Shown: positions 26,301-34,854 of the stretch, piece after piece
Position numbering within the stretch: position 1 is the stretch's first letter
Layout: each line of letters begins with the position of its first letter
Origin: Anaerolineae bacterium
GTDB lineage: Bacteria > Chloroflexota > Anaerolineae > UBA1429
NCBI GenBank assembly: GCA_049975585.1
Contig: JBNGEB010000002.1
Coordinates: 1-46,079 of the forward strand
Direction of reading: 5' to 3'
Length of the DNA: 46,079 bases
Made by a program: the position numbers and the translations under genes
The notes under the pieces: model-generated
Seen by the model: the letters and a program-made list of their open reading frames with translations, nothing else
What the model was told of the DNA's origin: nothing
Database searches by the model: none

Positions 26301-26852
26301 ATGAGCCATAGAACGGGAGGCATAGTGACGGGCACTCAAGGGCTGCTGATCGTGTACACGGGCGACGGCAAGGGCAAAACAACGGCGGCGCTCGGGCTGG
26401 TGCTGCGTGCTTGGGGACATGGCATGCGCGTGTGTGTGGTGCAATTCATAAAATCTGCTCGTGGGCGCTGGGGGGAGGTCAAGGCAGCTAGCAAGCTGGG
26501 CATCACTTGGCACACCATGGGCACTGGCTTTGTGTGGGAGCCAGGTGACGACGAGCAAGCTCGGCAGCGCGCCCTGGAGACTTGGGAGCTGGCCAAGGAG
26601 ATCATCGCGAGTGGCGAGTACGACCTTGTGGTGCTCGATGAGTTCACCTATCCACTGCAATACGCTTGGATCAAAACGGGCGAGGTGGTGGACTGGCTAC
26701 AGCAGGAGAGGCCAAGCAGTGTTCACGTGGTGATCACAGGACGCAACGCTCCTGAGCATCTGGTCGCAGTTGCCGATCTGGTGACAGAGATGAGGAACGT
26801 CAAACACCCGTTCGATGAGGGGGTGCCAGCTCAGAAAGGCATCGAGCTTTAG
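26301..26852 (+). CDS. cobO: cob(I)yrinic acid a,c-diamide adenosyltransferase (CobO/BtuR type)
   Basis: P-loop YTGDGKGKTTAALG and DEFTY motif. Alternative start GTG 26325 after GGGAGG. Confidence 0.85.
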   Translation: MSHRTGGIVTGTQGLLIVYTGDGKGKTTAALGLVLRAWGHGMRVCVVQFIKSARGRWGEVKAASKLGITWHTMGTGFVWEPGDDEQARQRALETWELAKEIIASGEYDLVVLDEFTYPLQYAWIKTGEVVDWLQQERPSSVHVVITGRNAPEHLVAVADLVTEMRNVKHPFDEGVPAQKGIEL

Positions 26853-26983
26853 GTATAGGGCATGGGTCCGCGTTGGATAGTGAAGACGCTACTTGGCAAC
26901 CTTCTGTAAGTGCTCTGAGCAATGAAGGCGAACGGTTTGCCCTTGATGGCCCCGTGCCCACCGGTCCAGTCCGGAAGGCATTC

Positions 26984-27012
26984 TTGACCTTAACTGGTGT
27001 GAATCCTATAAT
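26984..27012 (+). promoter_or_regulatory. sigma-70 promoter TTGACC-17-TATAAT for the thiamine operon
   Basis: TTGACC 26984-26989, 17-nt spacer, TATAAT 27007-27012, just upstream of the TPP aptamer. Confidence 0.6.
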
Positions 27013-27032
27013 AGGTATGTAACAATAAAATA

Positions 27033-27122
27033 GGCCGCTGGGGGAGCCGCTGGGCTGAGAGGATGACTTTCGTCATCGACCCCTGGAACCTGATCTGGGT
27101 CATGCCAGCGTAGGGAAGCATA
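27033..27122 (+). promoter_or_regulatory. TPP (THI-box) riboswitch aptamer
   Basis: GGGGAGCC...CTGAGAGG...ACCCCTGGAACCTGATCTGGGTCATGCCAGCGTAGGGAAGC matches the THI-element core (CUGAGA, ACCC, GAACCUGAUC, GCCAGCG, AGGGAA). Confidence 0.9.
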
Positions 27123-27139
27123 GAATCGAGCTTTCACAA

Positions 27140-27180
27140 GCGCCGCTGGGTGTCACCAAGCGGCGCATTCTGTTTTCTGG
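27140..27180 (+). terminator. riboswitch expression platform: hairpin plus T-rich tract overlapping the thiN RBS
   Basis: GCGCCGCT (27140-27147) pairs with AGCGGCGC (27159-27166) across an 11-nt loop, followed by ATTCTGTTTTCTGGAGG. Confidence 0.55.
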
Positions 27181-27190
27181 AGGTCACACG

Positions 27191-27856
27191 ATGGGCAATG
27201 AGCGCCATCTGAGTGCTTGCATCCTAGCCAACGGTGAGTATCAGCATGAGGAGCGTTTGCTGGGGATCGTGAAGCAGGTCCATCTCCTGATCGCGGCTGA
27301 CGGTGGCGCCAACTGGTTGGCTAGGCACGAACTAGCCCCGGATATTCTGGTAGGCGATATGGATTCGGTGGACGAGGGGGTCAAGAACAGCGTCGAGAAG
27401 CATGGCGGGCGGCTGGTGATGGCCAAGCGCGAGAAGGACGAGACCGATCTGGAACTCGCCCTGCTAGAGGCCGTCGCTATGCATGCCGAGAAAATCACCA
27501 TCTTGGGGGCTTTTGGTGGACGGGTAGATCACGCCCTCGCGAACGTGTGTCTCCTAGCCATGCCGGCCCTGCGAGGCGTGGATGTACGACTGTACGACGG
27601 CATAACGTTTCTCTGGCTGGCGATCGCTCGAACAGAAATACACGGCGAACCGGGTGATCTTGTGTCGTTGATCCCACTCGGCCGCGATGCGCATGGCGTA
27701 CGCACCTCTGGCCTGCAATACGCTCTACATGGAGAGACGCTTCGATTTGGACCTGCGAGAGGGATGAGCAACGTGCTCACCGAGCCCGTGGCCACCGTAG
27801 AGGTTGGCCTGGGAGAGTTGTTAGTGGCCCATACCCCTCGCGATGATAGAGAGTAA
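27191..27856 (+). CDS. thiN: thiamine diphosphokinase (thiamine pyrophosphokinase)
   Basis: LIAADGGAN...GDMDS...KDETDLELAL catalytic-domain motifs plus C-terminal B1-binding domain; 221 aa. Confidence 0.85.
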   Translation: MGNERHLSACILANGEYQHEERLLGIVKQVHLLIAADGGANWLARHELAPDILVGDMDSVDEGVKNSVEKHGGRLVMAKREKDETDLELALLEAVAMHAEKITILGAFGGRVDHALANVCLLAMPALRGVDVRLYDGITFLWLAIARTEIHGEPGDLVSLIPLGRDAHGVRTSGLQYALHGETLRFGPARGMSNVLTEPVATVEVGLGELLVAHTPRDDRE

Positions 27857-28541
27857 GGACATGATGCAGAACCCTTTCGCAGAGTCCTCAGTCGCTGATG
27901 TGTATGATGCTTGGTATCAGACGCCGATGGGGCGAGCGGTTGACCAAATGGAACAGTCCGCCCTGCTACGCCTTGCGCGGCCGATGCCCGGTGAGCTGGC
28001 CCTGGACGTCGGATGTGGGACGGGCCACTTTAGCGCCATGCTCGCCGAGGAAGGTGCCATCGTCACGGGGTGCGATACGTCTCGGGCCATGCTCACGCAC
28101 GCCCGCCGGAACCATCCCGATCTGCGCTGGCACTATGCCGATGCACGCGATCTTCCCTATGCCGACGCTAGCTGGGATCTGGTGCTATCGGTGACGATGC
28201 TCGAGTTTATCCGAGAGCCTACGCGCGCCCTCGACGAGATGTGGCGCGTGGTAAGGCCCGGTGGTCGGTTGGTGGTAGCGGTCTTGCAGGCAGGGACGCC
28301 TTGGCACGCGTCCTATGTTCGTGAGGCGGCTGAGGGTCCGTCGCCCTTTGCGGCTGCCCACTTTTACCAGCGTGACGAACTCGTGGATCGGCTCGGCCGC
28401 TACGGTTCGCCCCGCGTGACAACGTGCGTTCACATGCCACCTGATAGCCGTCCGCCTCGCTGCCTATCGTTGGTGGAGTTCTGGGGTCGGCTGACGCGGC
28501 CAGGCCAAGCCGCTATGCTGATCGGGAGGGTAGAAAAGTGA
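27843..28541 (+). CDS. class I SAM-dependent methyltransferase
   Basis: LDVGCGTGHF motif I and Methyltransf_11-like core. Start could be ATG 27861 or 27864. Confidence 0.75.
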   Translation: MIESKDMMQNPFAESSVADVYDAWYQTPMGRAVDQMEQSALLRLARPMPGELALDVGCGTGHFSAMLAEEGAIVTGCDTSRAMLTHARRNHPDLRWHYADARDLPYADASWDLVLSVTMLEFIREPTRALDEMWRVVRPGGRLVVAVLQAGTPWHASYVREAAEGPSPFAAAHFYQRDELVDRLGRYGSPRVTTCVHMPPDSRPPRCLSLVEFWGRLTRPGQAAMLIGRVEK

Positions 28542-28807
28542 GAACAATCAGCGCGCAGGTCAGTGTGTACGGCCTTGGAGGCACGGATACGGCCGCGGCC
28601 ATCCGAGCTTTCCTGGGGGTCCTAGACGAGCAGGGGATACGATACGAGAGCGGAACCATGAGCACCGTCGCATGGGGGGATCAGGAGGCGATATGGCAAG
28701 CCTTGCGGGAGGGCTATCAAGCCGCCTCTGATCTTGGTCCCGCGGTGATGCAGATAACCGTCTCCAATGCGTGCCCCCTACCGGCTATCGACGAAGCAAG
28801 CGTATGA
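28538..28807 (+). CDS. MTH1187/DUF77 family thiamine-binding protein
   Basis: 89 aa; ISAQVSVYGLG...GIRYESGTMSTVAWGD pattern of the MTH1187/YkoF-related fold. GTGA-type overlap upstream. Confidence 0.7.
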   Translation: MRTISAQVSVYGLGGTDTAAAIRAFLGVLDEQGIRYESGTMSTVAWGDQEAIWQALREGYQAASDLGPAVMQITVSNACPLPAIDEASV

Positions 28808-29634
28808 TGGGCAAGCCGCTCCCGACGCGAGATGCTTCGGTTAGGCGGAAACGCCTCAACGCAATCGCGAGCTATGGCCCGCCGACGGCCCTCGTTCTGG
28901 CTCTCTTGGTCCTGTGGCAGCTTGCCGTGCATCTATGGGACGTAGAGCCATGGTTGCTGCCATCGCCTACCGCCATCGTCCACGCAGGATGGGAGGCGCG
29001 AGCTCTTATTGCTGAGCACATGCTGCAAACTGGGCTGGAAACGCTGTTGGGCTTTGCGCTCGCCTTGGCGACGGGCGTCGGATTGGCATTGGCTCTGGAT
29101 AGCTCGCCGGTTGTGCGGCGGGCCATCTATCCTTTGATGGTAGCGTCGCAGACGGTTCCCATCATCGCCATCGCACCGCTTCTGATCATCTGGTTCGGTT
29201 ACGGCATATGGCCAAAGGTGTTGGTTGTGGCGTTGGTGTGTTTCTTTCCCATCGTCGTTAGCACCGCGGATGGCCTACGGTCGGCCGATCGAGATCTGAT
29301 CGCGCTTGTCCGGACGATGGGAGCTAGCTCGAAGCAAGTGTTCGCCAAGGTGCGGTGGCCCGGAGCTGTGCCAGGGCTGTTCTCTGGCATCAAGATCGGC
29401 ATTACCTACAGCGTTGTTGGCGCCATCATAGGCGAGTGGGTCGGCGCTAGCAGAGGATTGGGCGTGTTCATGCTACGCGCTACCAACGCGTTCCGCACAG
29501 ACTGGGTATTTGCGAGCATTTTCGTCGTAGCGCTACTGAGCTGGGTGTTGTTTGCGTGCGTCCAGTTGGTCGAGCGGTTGACGTTGCGTTGGTACTATGC
29601 GGTGCGCCCAGAGCGCTGGGAAGAGCTCGCTTAG
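28804..29634 (+). CDS. thiX: ABC transporter permease (NitT/TauT family; ThiX-like HMP/thiamine-precursor uptake)
   Basis: Six TM helices and an EAA-like loop. ATGA overlap with the upstream stop. Context: TPP riboswitch plus NMT1/THI5-like SBP. Confidence 0.75.
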   Translation: MMGKPLPTRDASVRRKRLNAIASYGPPTALVLALLVLWQLAVHLWDVEPWLLPSPTAIVHAGWEARALIAEHMLQTGLETLLGFALALATGVGLALALDSSPVVRRAIYPLMVASQTVPIIAIAPLLIIWFGYGIWPKVLVVALVCFFPIVVSTADGLRSADRDLIALVRTMGASSKQVFAKVRWPGAVPGLFSGIKIGITYSVVGAIIGEWVGASRGLGVFMLRATNAFRTDWVFASIFVVALLSWVLFACVQLVERLTLRWYYAVRPERWEELA

Positions 29635-29662
29635 CCTAGTACATTGAGGGAGGAGCATACAG

Positions 29663-30637
29663 ATGCGAAGGTCAATGATCATCATCGGATTGAGCGTTCT
29701 GTGTATAGGCGCGTTGGTTGGGTGCCGGCAGACGCCGGCCACGGCGGCGACCCTTTCGCTGGATTGGGTGCCAAACACCAACCACACCGGGTTTTACGTC
29801 GCACTGGACAAGGGCTGGTACGAGGAGGAAGGCGTCGATCTCACCATCGAGATCCCGTCCGATCCGTCCGCAGCTCTCAAGCAGGTTGGAGCCGGCAACA
29901 CTGAGTTTGGCGTCAGTTTCCAGGAAGAAGTGACCGTTGCGCGGGCTACGGGGATACCCGTTGTCTCTATTGCTGCCATCATCCAGCACAACACTTCGGC
30001 CTTTGCCGCTTTGGCCGAGTCTGGGGTGTCTTCAGCGGCCGACTTTGAGGGGCTGCGCTACGCTTCGTATGGGTTGCCTATCGAAAGGCCGATCCTCAAG
30101 GCGCTGATGGCCTGCGATGGCGCCGACGTGGATACCGTGACCTTTATCGACGTGGGGTTTGATGCCTTTCCGGCGCTGCTGGCAGGGCGTGTCGACCTAG
30201 CTTGGATCTTCCTAGGGTGGGATGGTGTGCAGGCCGAACTCAAGGGGGTTGAGCTAGCCACGGTGCCCTTGTATGGAAGCTGTGTGCCAGACTACTATAC
30301 ACCCGTTATTGTGGCCGGAGAACAGACACTCGACGAGAAGCCAGAGCTCACCCGGGCCTTTATGAGGGCGACGCGACGCGGCTACGAATATGCTGCTGAG
30401 CATCCGGACGAGGCCGCCGAGATCCTGCTGGCCCACTCGCCCGAGAGCGATCCGGAGCTTGTCCGCGCTAGCCAGGAGTGGCTGAGTCCTCGCTACCAAG
30501 ATGACGCGCCGAGTTGGGGTGTCCAGGATCCAGAGGTGTGGCGCCGGTTTACCGCCTTTATGGAAGAGAATGATTTGCTTGACGTGCCCGTCGACCCCGA
30601 TAAAGCCTTTACCAACGCGTTCCTAGAGAACGACTAG
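29663..30637 (+). CDS. thiY: ABC transporter substrate-binding lipoprotein, NMT1/THI5-like (ThiY-like)
   Basis: Lipobox LVGC. LDWVPNTNHTGFYVA motif typical of NMT1/THI5-like binding proteins. Confidence 0.75.
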   Translation: MRRSMIIIGLSVLCIGALVGCRQTPATAATLSLDWVPNTNHTGFYVALDKGWYEEEGVDLTIEIPSDPSAALKQVGAGNTEFGVSFQEEVTVARATGIPVVSIAAIIQHNTSAFAALAESGVSSAADFEGLRYASYGLPIERPILKALMACDGADVDTVTFIDVGFDAFPALLAGRVDLAWIFLGWDGVQAELKGVELATVPLYGSCVPDYYTPVIVAGEQTLDEKPELTRAFMRATRRGYEYAAEHPDEAAEILLAHSPESDPELVRASQEWLSPRYQDDAPSWGVQDPEVWRRFTAFMEENDLLDVPVDPDKAFTNAFLEND

Positions 30638-31405
30638 ATGGGAGAGCCTACAGGGGCGCCCATTGAAGTGCGGGGGGTCAGCAAGCGGTTTCGCGTCGAT
30701 GGCCATGTGGTAGAAGCGCTGCACGAGGTGTCCCTTGTGGCTGATGAGGGGCAGTTCGTGTCCCTCATTGGCCCCAGCGGATGTGGCAAGAGCACCCTGC
30801 TCAACATCGTTAGCGGGCTGATGCGGCCCGATAGCGGCCAGGTGCTCGTCTACGGAGACGCGGAGGCGTCCCGTCTCGGTCGAATCGGCTACATGCCACA
30901 GAAGGACCTGCTCCTTCCCTGGCGCACGTTGCTCGAGAACCTGCTACTGGGGCCTGAGATACGTGGCCGGGACCTGGACGAGGCGCGCAGCGAAGCAATC
31001 GATCTTATGGAGCGATTCGGGCTGGGCGGGTTTGAGGACAGCCTACCGGCGACCTTATCCGGTGGCATGCGCCAGCGAGCTGCCTTGCTGCGAACGCTCA
31101 TGTGCCACCAGGACGTGCTCCTGCTCGATGAGCCTTTGGGCGCTCTGGACGCACTGACGCGTCGGGAGATGAGGCAGTGGCTTCTAGACGTCTGGCAGAC
31201 CTTTCGCAAGACCATGATCTTTGTGACGCACGACGTGGATGAGGCCATCTATCTCGCCGATCGCGTTTTTGTCATGTCGTCACGACCAGGTACCATTATC
31301 AACGATCTGGAGATCGAGCTCCCGCGACCTCGCTCGGAGGAGCTTACCCGCGGCAACGCGTTTCTTGACTATCGAATGACGCTTCTTGAGAGCTTGGGGG
31401 TCTAA
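30638..31405 (+). CDS. thiZ: ABC transporter ATP-binding protein (ThiZ-like)
   Basis: Walker A GPSGCGKST, signature LSGGMRQR, Walker B LLLDEP. ATG abuts the thiY stop. Confidence 0.85.
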   Translation: MGEPTGAPIEVRGVSKRFRVDGHVVEALHEVSLVADEGQFVSLIGPSGCGKSTLLNIVSGLMRPDSGQVLVYGDAEASRLGRIGYMPQKDLLLPWRTLLENLLLGPEIRGRDLDEARSEAIDLMERFGLGGFEDSLPATLSGGMRQRAALLRTLMCHQDVLLLDEPLGALDALTRREMRQWLLDVWQTFRKTMIFVTHDVDEAIYLADRVFVMSSRPGTIINDLEIELPRPRSEELTRGNAFLDYRMTLLESLGV

Positions 31406-31915
31406 ATGCGAGCGGGTGAGACGGTTCGCATCGTCAAGTTGGATGAGCAGGGAAACCAGATAGCCAGCTACACCGGGCGCGTGATCCAGGCGAACGGTGA
31501 GCGCGTCGTGGCGGCATGCACCTGGACGTGGAAGCGGACCATCGATGTCGGTCCGTTCGCGCTAGAGCCGGGCGATCGCCTCTGTGAGTTCTATTATGCT
31601 GATGCTTGGTTCAACGTGTTCAGGGTCTGCGACGAGAGGGGAGTGCTCAAAGGCTGGTACTGCAACGTGACGGCTCCCGCGGAGATGAACGGCGACCATA
31701 TCCGCTGGCGGGATCTCAAGCTGGATCTCGTGGTGGGCGTGGATGGCGAGGAGCTCGTAGCGGATCAGGACGAGTTCGAGGCACTCGATCCTAGCCCCGA
31801 ACTGCGAGAACGGGCCGCGGACGCTTTTGCTAACCTGCGATCATGGCATCGCCAAGGCGCTGGCCCCTTTGCCGAGGACGGGATCTGTACCAGCGCAGGA
31901 GCCCACGCCCCGTGA
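31406..31915 (+). CDS. DUF402 domain protein (nucleoside di/triphosphatase-like)
   Basis: WFNVF...GWYCNVTAP...RWRDLKLDLVV pattern of DUF402. ATG directly abuts the thiZ stop. Confidence 0.65.
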   Translation: MRAGETVRIVKLDEQGNQIASYTGRVIQANGERVVAACTWTWKRTIDVGPFALEPGDRLCEFYYADAWFNVFRVCDERGVLKGWYCNVTAPAEMNGDHIRWRDLKLDLVVGVDGEELVADQDEFEALDPSPELRERAADAFANLRSWHRQGAGPFAEDGICTSAGAHAP

Positions 31916-32517
31916 GCGAATCGAGTGCCCGCCAAGGCCCTCGTTACGCTTTAGTGATCCGATTGCCGCGAGAGCACGAGGTCAGGATCGAGGACGCGTA
32001 CCTCGGTCTCTCTGGACTGACCAAGCCCGTCATCAGCTACCATATCACGTTGCTGGGCCCCTTTCGGCTGCGGCGTGAACCCGCAGAAGCCGTGGCAAGC
32101 ATTCTGGATGCCGCTTGCCAGCGATGGGAGCCCTTCCAGGTGCGGGTTCACAGGGTGGGCTTTTTTGAGAGACCGGACGATCACGTCGCTTATCTGGACG
32201 TGGCGACGCCCGAGCGCGTGATAGCGCTCCGAGACTTTCTCCTGAAGCAGCTCCTGCCGCTGGTGCTTCCGGAGAACGACCGTGTGGCTCAGTTTACTCT
32301 GGCCCACTACCACCCTCATGTGACGCTGGGCCTTGATCTGTCCGATGTGCAACGGCGGGAGATCCTGGCCGCGACGGACAAGCATCCATTGGATCTGTCA
32401 TTCCTGGTGGACTGTGTGTGGCTGGTGAGTCAATTCGGTGCATCTCCCTGGCGCTATGAGCGATCGTTTGCCTTAAGTGGAGATGCGCAATTGCCTTGCG
32501 CTCCCGATGCCGAGTAG
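31912..32517 (+). CDS. 2H phosphoesterase superfamily protein (2'-5' RNA ligase-like)
   Basis: Two HxT motifs (HITLLGPF, HVTLGLD). GTG 31912 in a GTGA overlap with the DUF402 stop. Confidence 0.7.
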   Translation: MSESSARQGPRYALVIRLPREHEVRIEDAYLGLSGLTKPVISYHITLLGPFRLRREPAEAVASILDAACQRWEPFQVRVHRVGFFERPDDHVAYLDVATPERVIALRDFLLKQLLPLVLPENDRVAQFTLAHYHPHVTLGLDLSDVQRREILAATDKHPLDLSFLVDCVWLVSQFGASPWRYERSFALSGDAQLPCAPDAE

Positions 32518-32540
32518 AGCCCTCAATTGCTCCACAGTCC

Positions 32541-32569
32541 TTGACACTCTCCCTGGCTTGTGCGATACT
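32541..32569 (+). promoter_or_regulatory. putative promoter TTGACA-17-GATACT upstream of tsaE
   Basis: Hexamers at 32541-32546 and 32564-32569. Confidence 0.4.
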
Positions 32570-32666
32570 CGCGCAAGCCTCATACACGCGGAGAGTCGAT
32601 GCATGGTGCTCGCAGGCGCTCGTCAGGCCAATGGGGGCTTGGCCGCGCAGGGATTCGGAGAGGTCC

Positions 32667-33200
32667 GTGACGCCCATCCTCACGGAAAGCGATTTCGAGG
32701 TCATCACCCGTAGCCCCGAACAGACGCTCGCCTTGGGCCGACGGCTCGGCGAGCTGCTGAGGCCGGGCGACGTTGTCTGTCTGGAGGGTGCCCTCGGTAT
32801 AGGCAAGACTTGCCTCACCAAGGGAATCGGCGCGGGGCTGAAGGTCGAGGGAAAGATCGTCAGCCCCACGTTTGTGTATATCAACGAGTACGGCCCCAAA
32901 GGCCCCGGCCCCTATCTCTACCATGTGGATCTGTATCGCATTGAGGATGCCAGCTCTTTGTATAATCTCGGCCTAGATGATTATATATACGGCGATGGCG
33001 TGACCGTGATCGAGTGGGCAGAGCGAGCCAAGGATATCCTTCCGGCAGAACGTCTCTGGGTGACCATTCGCGATCTGGGAGGCCAACGGCGGTGCTTTGT
33101 GTTCACTGGCATGGGCGACCACTATGAGGCCACCGTTTCGGCTCTCCAACGCGCCATCGCCCCCGAACGCCCGCCCAAAGGCGAGGAGAAGGAGGCATGA
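32667..33200 (+). CDS. tsaE: tRNA t6A37 biosynthesis ATPase TsaE
   Basis: LEGALGIGKT P-loop. GTG 32667 after GGAGAGG. The ORF-track extension starting at 32496 overlaps the preceding gene. Confidence 0.8.
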   Translation: MTPILTESDFEVITRSPEQTLALGRRLGELLRPGDVVCLEGALGIGKTCLTKGIGAGLKVEGKIVSPTFVYINEYGPKGPGPYLYHVDLYRIEDASSLYNLGLDDYIYGDGVTVIEWAERAKDILPAERLWVTIRDLGGQRRCFVFTGMGDHYEATVSALQRAIAPERPPKGEEKEA

Positions 33201-33853
33201 TCCTCGCGGCCATCGATACGGCTACGCGACAGGCAAGCGTGGCTCTTTATGATGAGCGAGGCGTGCTGGCTGAGTCCAGTTGGCGAACGGAGAACCGACA
33301 CTCGGTAGAGACGCTTCCCGTCCTCAAATCCTTGATGTATCTCGAGCATCTCCAACCATCCTCGCTGGGCGCCTTGGCGGTCGCATCGGGGCCGGGATCG
33401 TTCACCGGCTTGCGCATCGGCATGAGCTTGGCCAAGGGACTCGCGCTAGCTCTGGATCTGCCCATTGTGGGCATACCGACGCTAGCCGTTACGGCCTATG
33501 TTGCGGGCGACCCCGGCGGCCCCCTCTGGGCCGTCATGGAGGCTGGACGAGGCCGTCTGTGTATCCAACCGTTCCGTTTTGAGGAAGGGCTCCCTGTGGC
33601 CGATTCCAAGGCTGAGATCGTGGACGCGAACGCGTGGACACCCGATGCTAGCGAACCTGTCCTGCTCGCCGGTGAACTTCGAGCGGACGTGGTGGAGAGA
33701 CTGTTTGCGCTACCGGACGCGGAGAACATCGCTATTGCGTCCCTAGCGAGCTCGGTGAGGAGAGCTGGATACCTAGCGGAGCTAGCGTGGGAGCGCGTGC
33801 AGCGCCAAGAGGTCGACGATCTGGACACCCTCGATCTCACCTATGTTCAGTAG
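33197..33853 (+). CDS. tsaB: tRNA t6A37 biosynthesis protein TsaB
   Basis: ILAIDTAT...GPGSFTGLRIG motif. ATGA overlap with tsaE. Confidence 0.85.
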   Translation: MILAAIDTATRQASVALYDERGVLAESSWRTENRHSVETLPVLKSLMYLEHLQPSSLGALAVASGPGSFTGLRIGMSLAKGLALALDLPIVGIPTLAVTAYVAGDPGGPLWAVMEAGRGRLCIQPFRFEEGLPVADSKAEIVDANAWTPDASEPVLLAGELRADVVERLFALPDAENIAIASLASSVRRAGYLAELAWERVQRQEVDDLDTLDLTYVQ

Positions 33854-33925
33854 GCCAATGGAGAGACGGGCTCACGGAGCGGCCCTTTGCTGAATCTCGC
33901 GGGGTTCCCCTTCCACCTCGACGTG

Positions 33926-34459
33926 ATGCGCCTGCGTGATGTGCCCGCGGTGGTCGCCCTCGAACGGACGGTCTTCCCATCGCCATGGCCTGCGAGGGCG
34001 TTCATTCAGGAGATCTCGCAGAACCCCCTGTCGCGCTACTATGTGCTCAAGGGGGCAGGCTTCGCTGGAGTCGATCGTCTGCCAGGTCTGCTCGGCTACG
34101 TCGGCTACTGGCTGGTCGTGGATCAGGCGCACGTGGGCACGCTGGCCGTGCATCCCGAGTGGCGTGGGCGAGGTCTGGGTGAACTGCTCTTCAGCACAGT
34201 CGTTGGCGAGGCGCGAGAAGCTGGGGCCGCCACGATCACGCTAGAAGTGAGGGAAAGCAACCGACCTGCGAGAACTCTTTACACAAAATACGGGCTGCAA
34301 GTGGTGGGGCGCCGTCGGCGATACTACCCCGACAATGGCGAGGATGCCCTGATCATGACGGCCGCCGGCCTATCTGCTAAAGACTATGGCCAGTTGCTAG
34401 AGCAACTGGCCACGAGCCTTGAGGGGCGTCTGCGGGAAGAGTTCGGAGAGAAGGACTAG
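33926..34459 (+). CDS. rimI: ribosomal-protein-alanine N-acetyltransferase RimI (GNAT)
   Basis: GNAT core LAVHPEWRGRGLGELL in the canonical tsaE-tsaB-rimI context. Alternative start at 33887. Confidence 0.8.
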   Translation: MRLRDVPAVVALERTVFPSPWPARAFIQEISQNPLSRYYVLKGAGFAGVDRLPGLLGYVGYWLVVDQAHVGTLAVHPEWRGRGLGELLFSTVVGEAREAGAATITLEVRESNRPARTLYTKYGLQVVGRRRRYYPDNGEDALIMTAAGLSAKDYGQLLEQLATSLEGRLREEFGEKD

Positions 34460-34722
34460 ATCAGGCTCTCTCCAAGCGTCCACGGGACGACATAGCCCGT
34501 GGGTTCGCTTTCTTCCAACATGTCGGGTGTCAGGCTGCCCGTTCCGCAGAACTGAAGAAGCGTGGTGATGATAAGAAAGGCGGCGGCGAGGTACATCACC
34601 GTCTTCCAGCTTTTCTGTGGGTCTTTCTTCTTGACTGGTTCGGGCTTGGGTAGCTCATGGCCGCAGCGCCAGCACTGCTGGCGATCGTCAGGATTGTAGG
34701 TGCCGCATTCGGGGCATTTCAT
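34456..34722 (-). CDS. zinc-ribbon membrane protein (hypothetical)
   Basis: MKCPECG...CWRCGH zinc ribbon, Lys/Pro linker, one TM helix; 88 aa. Confidence 0.6.
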   Translation of the reverse strand: MKCPECGTYNPDDRQQCWRCGHELPKPEPVKKKDPQKSWKTVMYLAAAFLIITTLLQFCGTGSLTPDMLEESEPTGYVVPWTLGESLI

Positions 34723-34854
34723 CGTGGGCGTCTCTCTCTACATCGGGAGCAAAGCTGGCACGATTATAGCATGGGACCTGGGAGGCATCAACAGAGAGGC
34801 TTGCGCCGAAGGGCGATAGATAGCTCGCAGCTAGCAGTAAAGGGGTAAGGGAGA

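Noticed and set aside
25017-26660. 547-aa form of the MFS transporter with a 147-residue N-terminal extension.
   Set aside because: The extension overlaps cobO on the opposite strand and has no TM or domain features. GTG 26219 with an AAGGAG RBS gives a standard 12-TM protein.
26853-26983. Possible cobalamin riboswitch next to cobO (AGTCCGGAAGG vaguely resembles a B12 box).
   Set aside because: It lies downstream of cobO, not upstream of any gene on either strand. It also lacks the other conserved B12-element blocks. It is more likely a spacer or terminator region ahead of the thi promoter.
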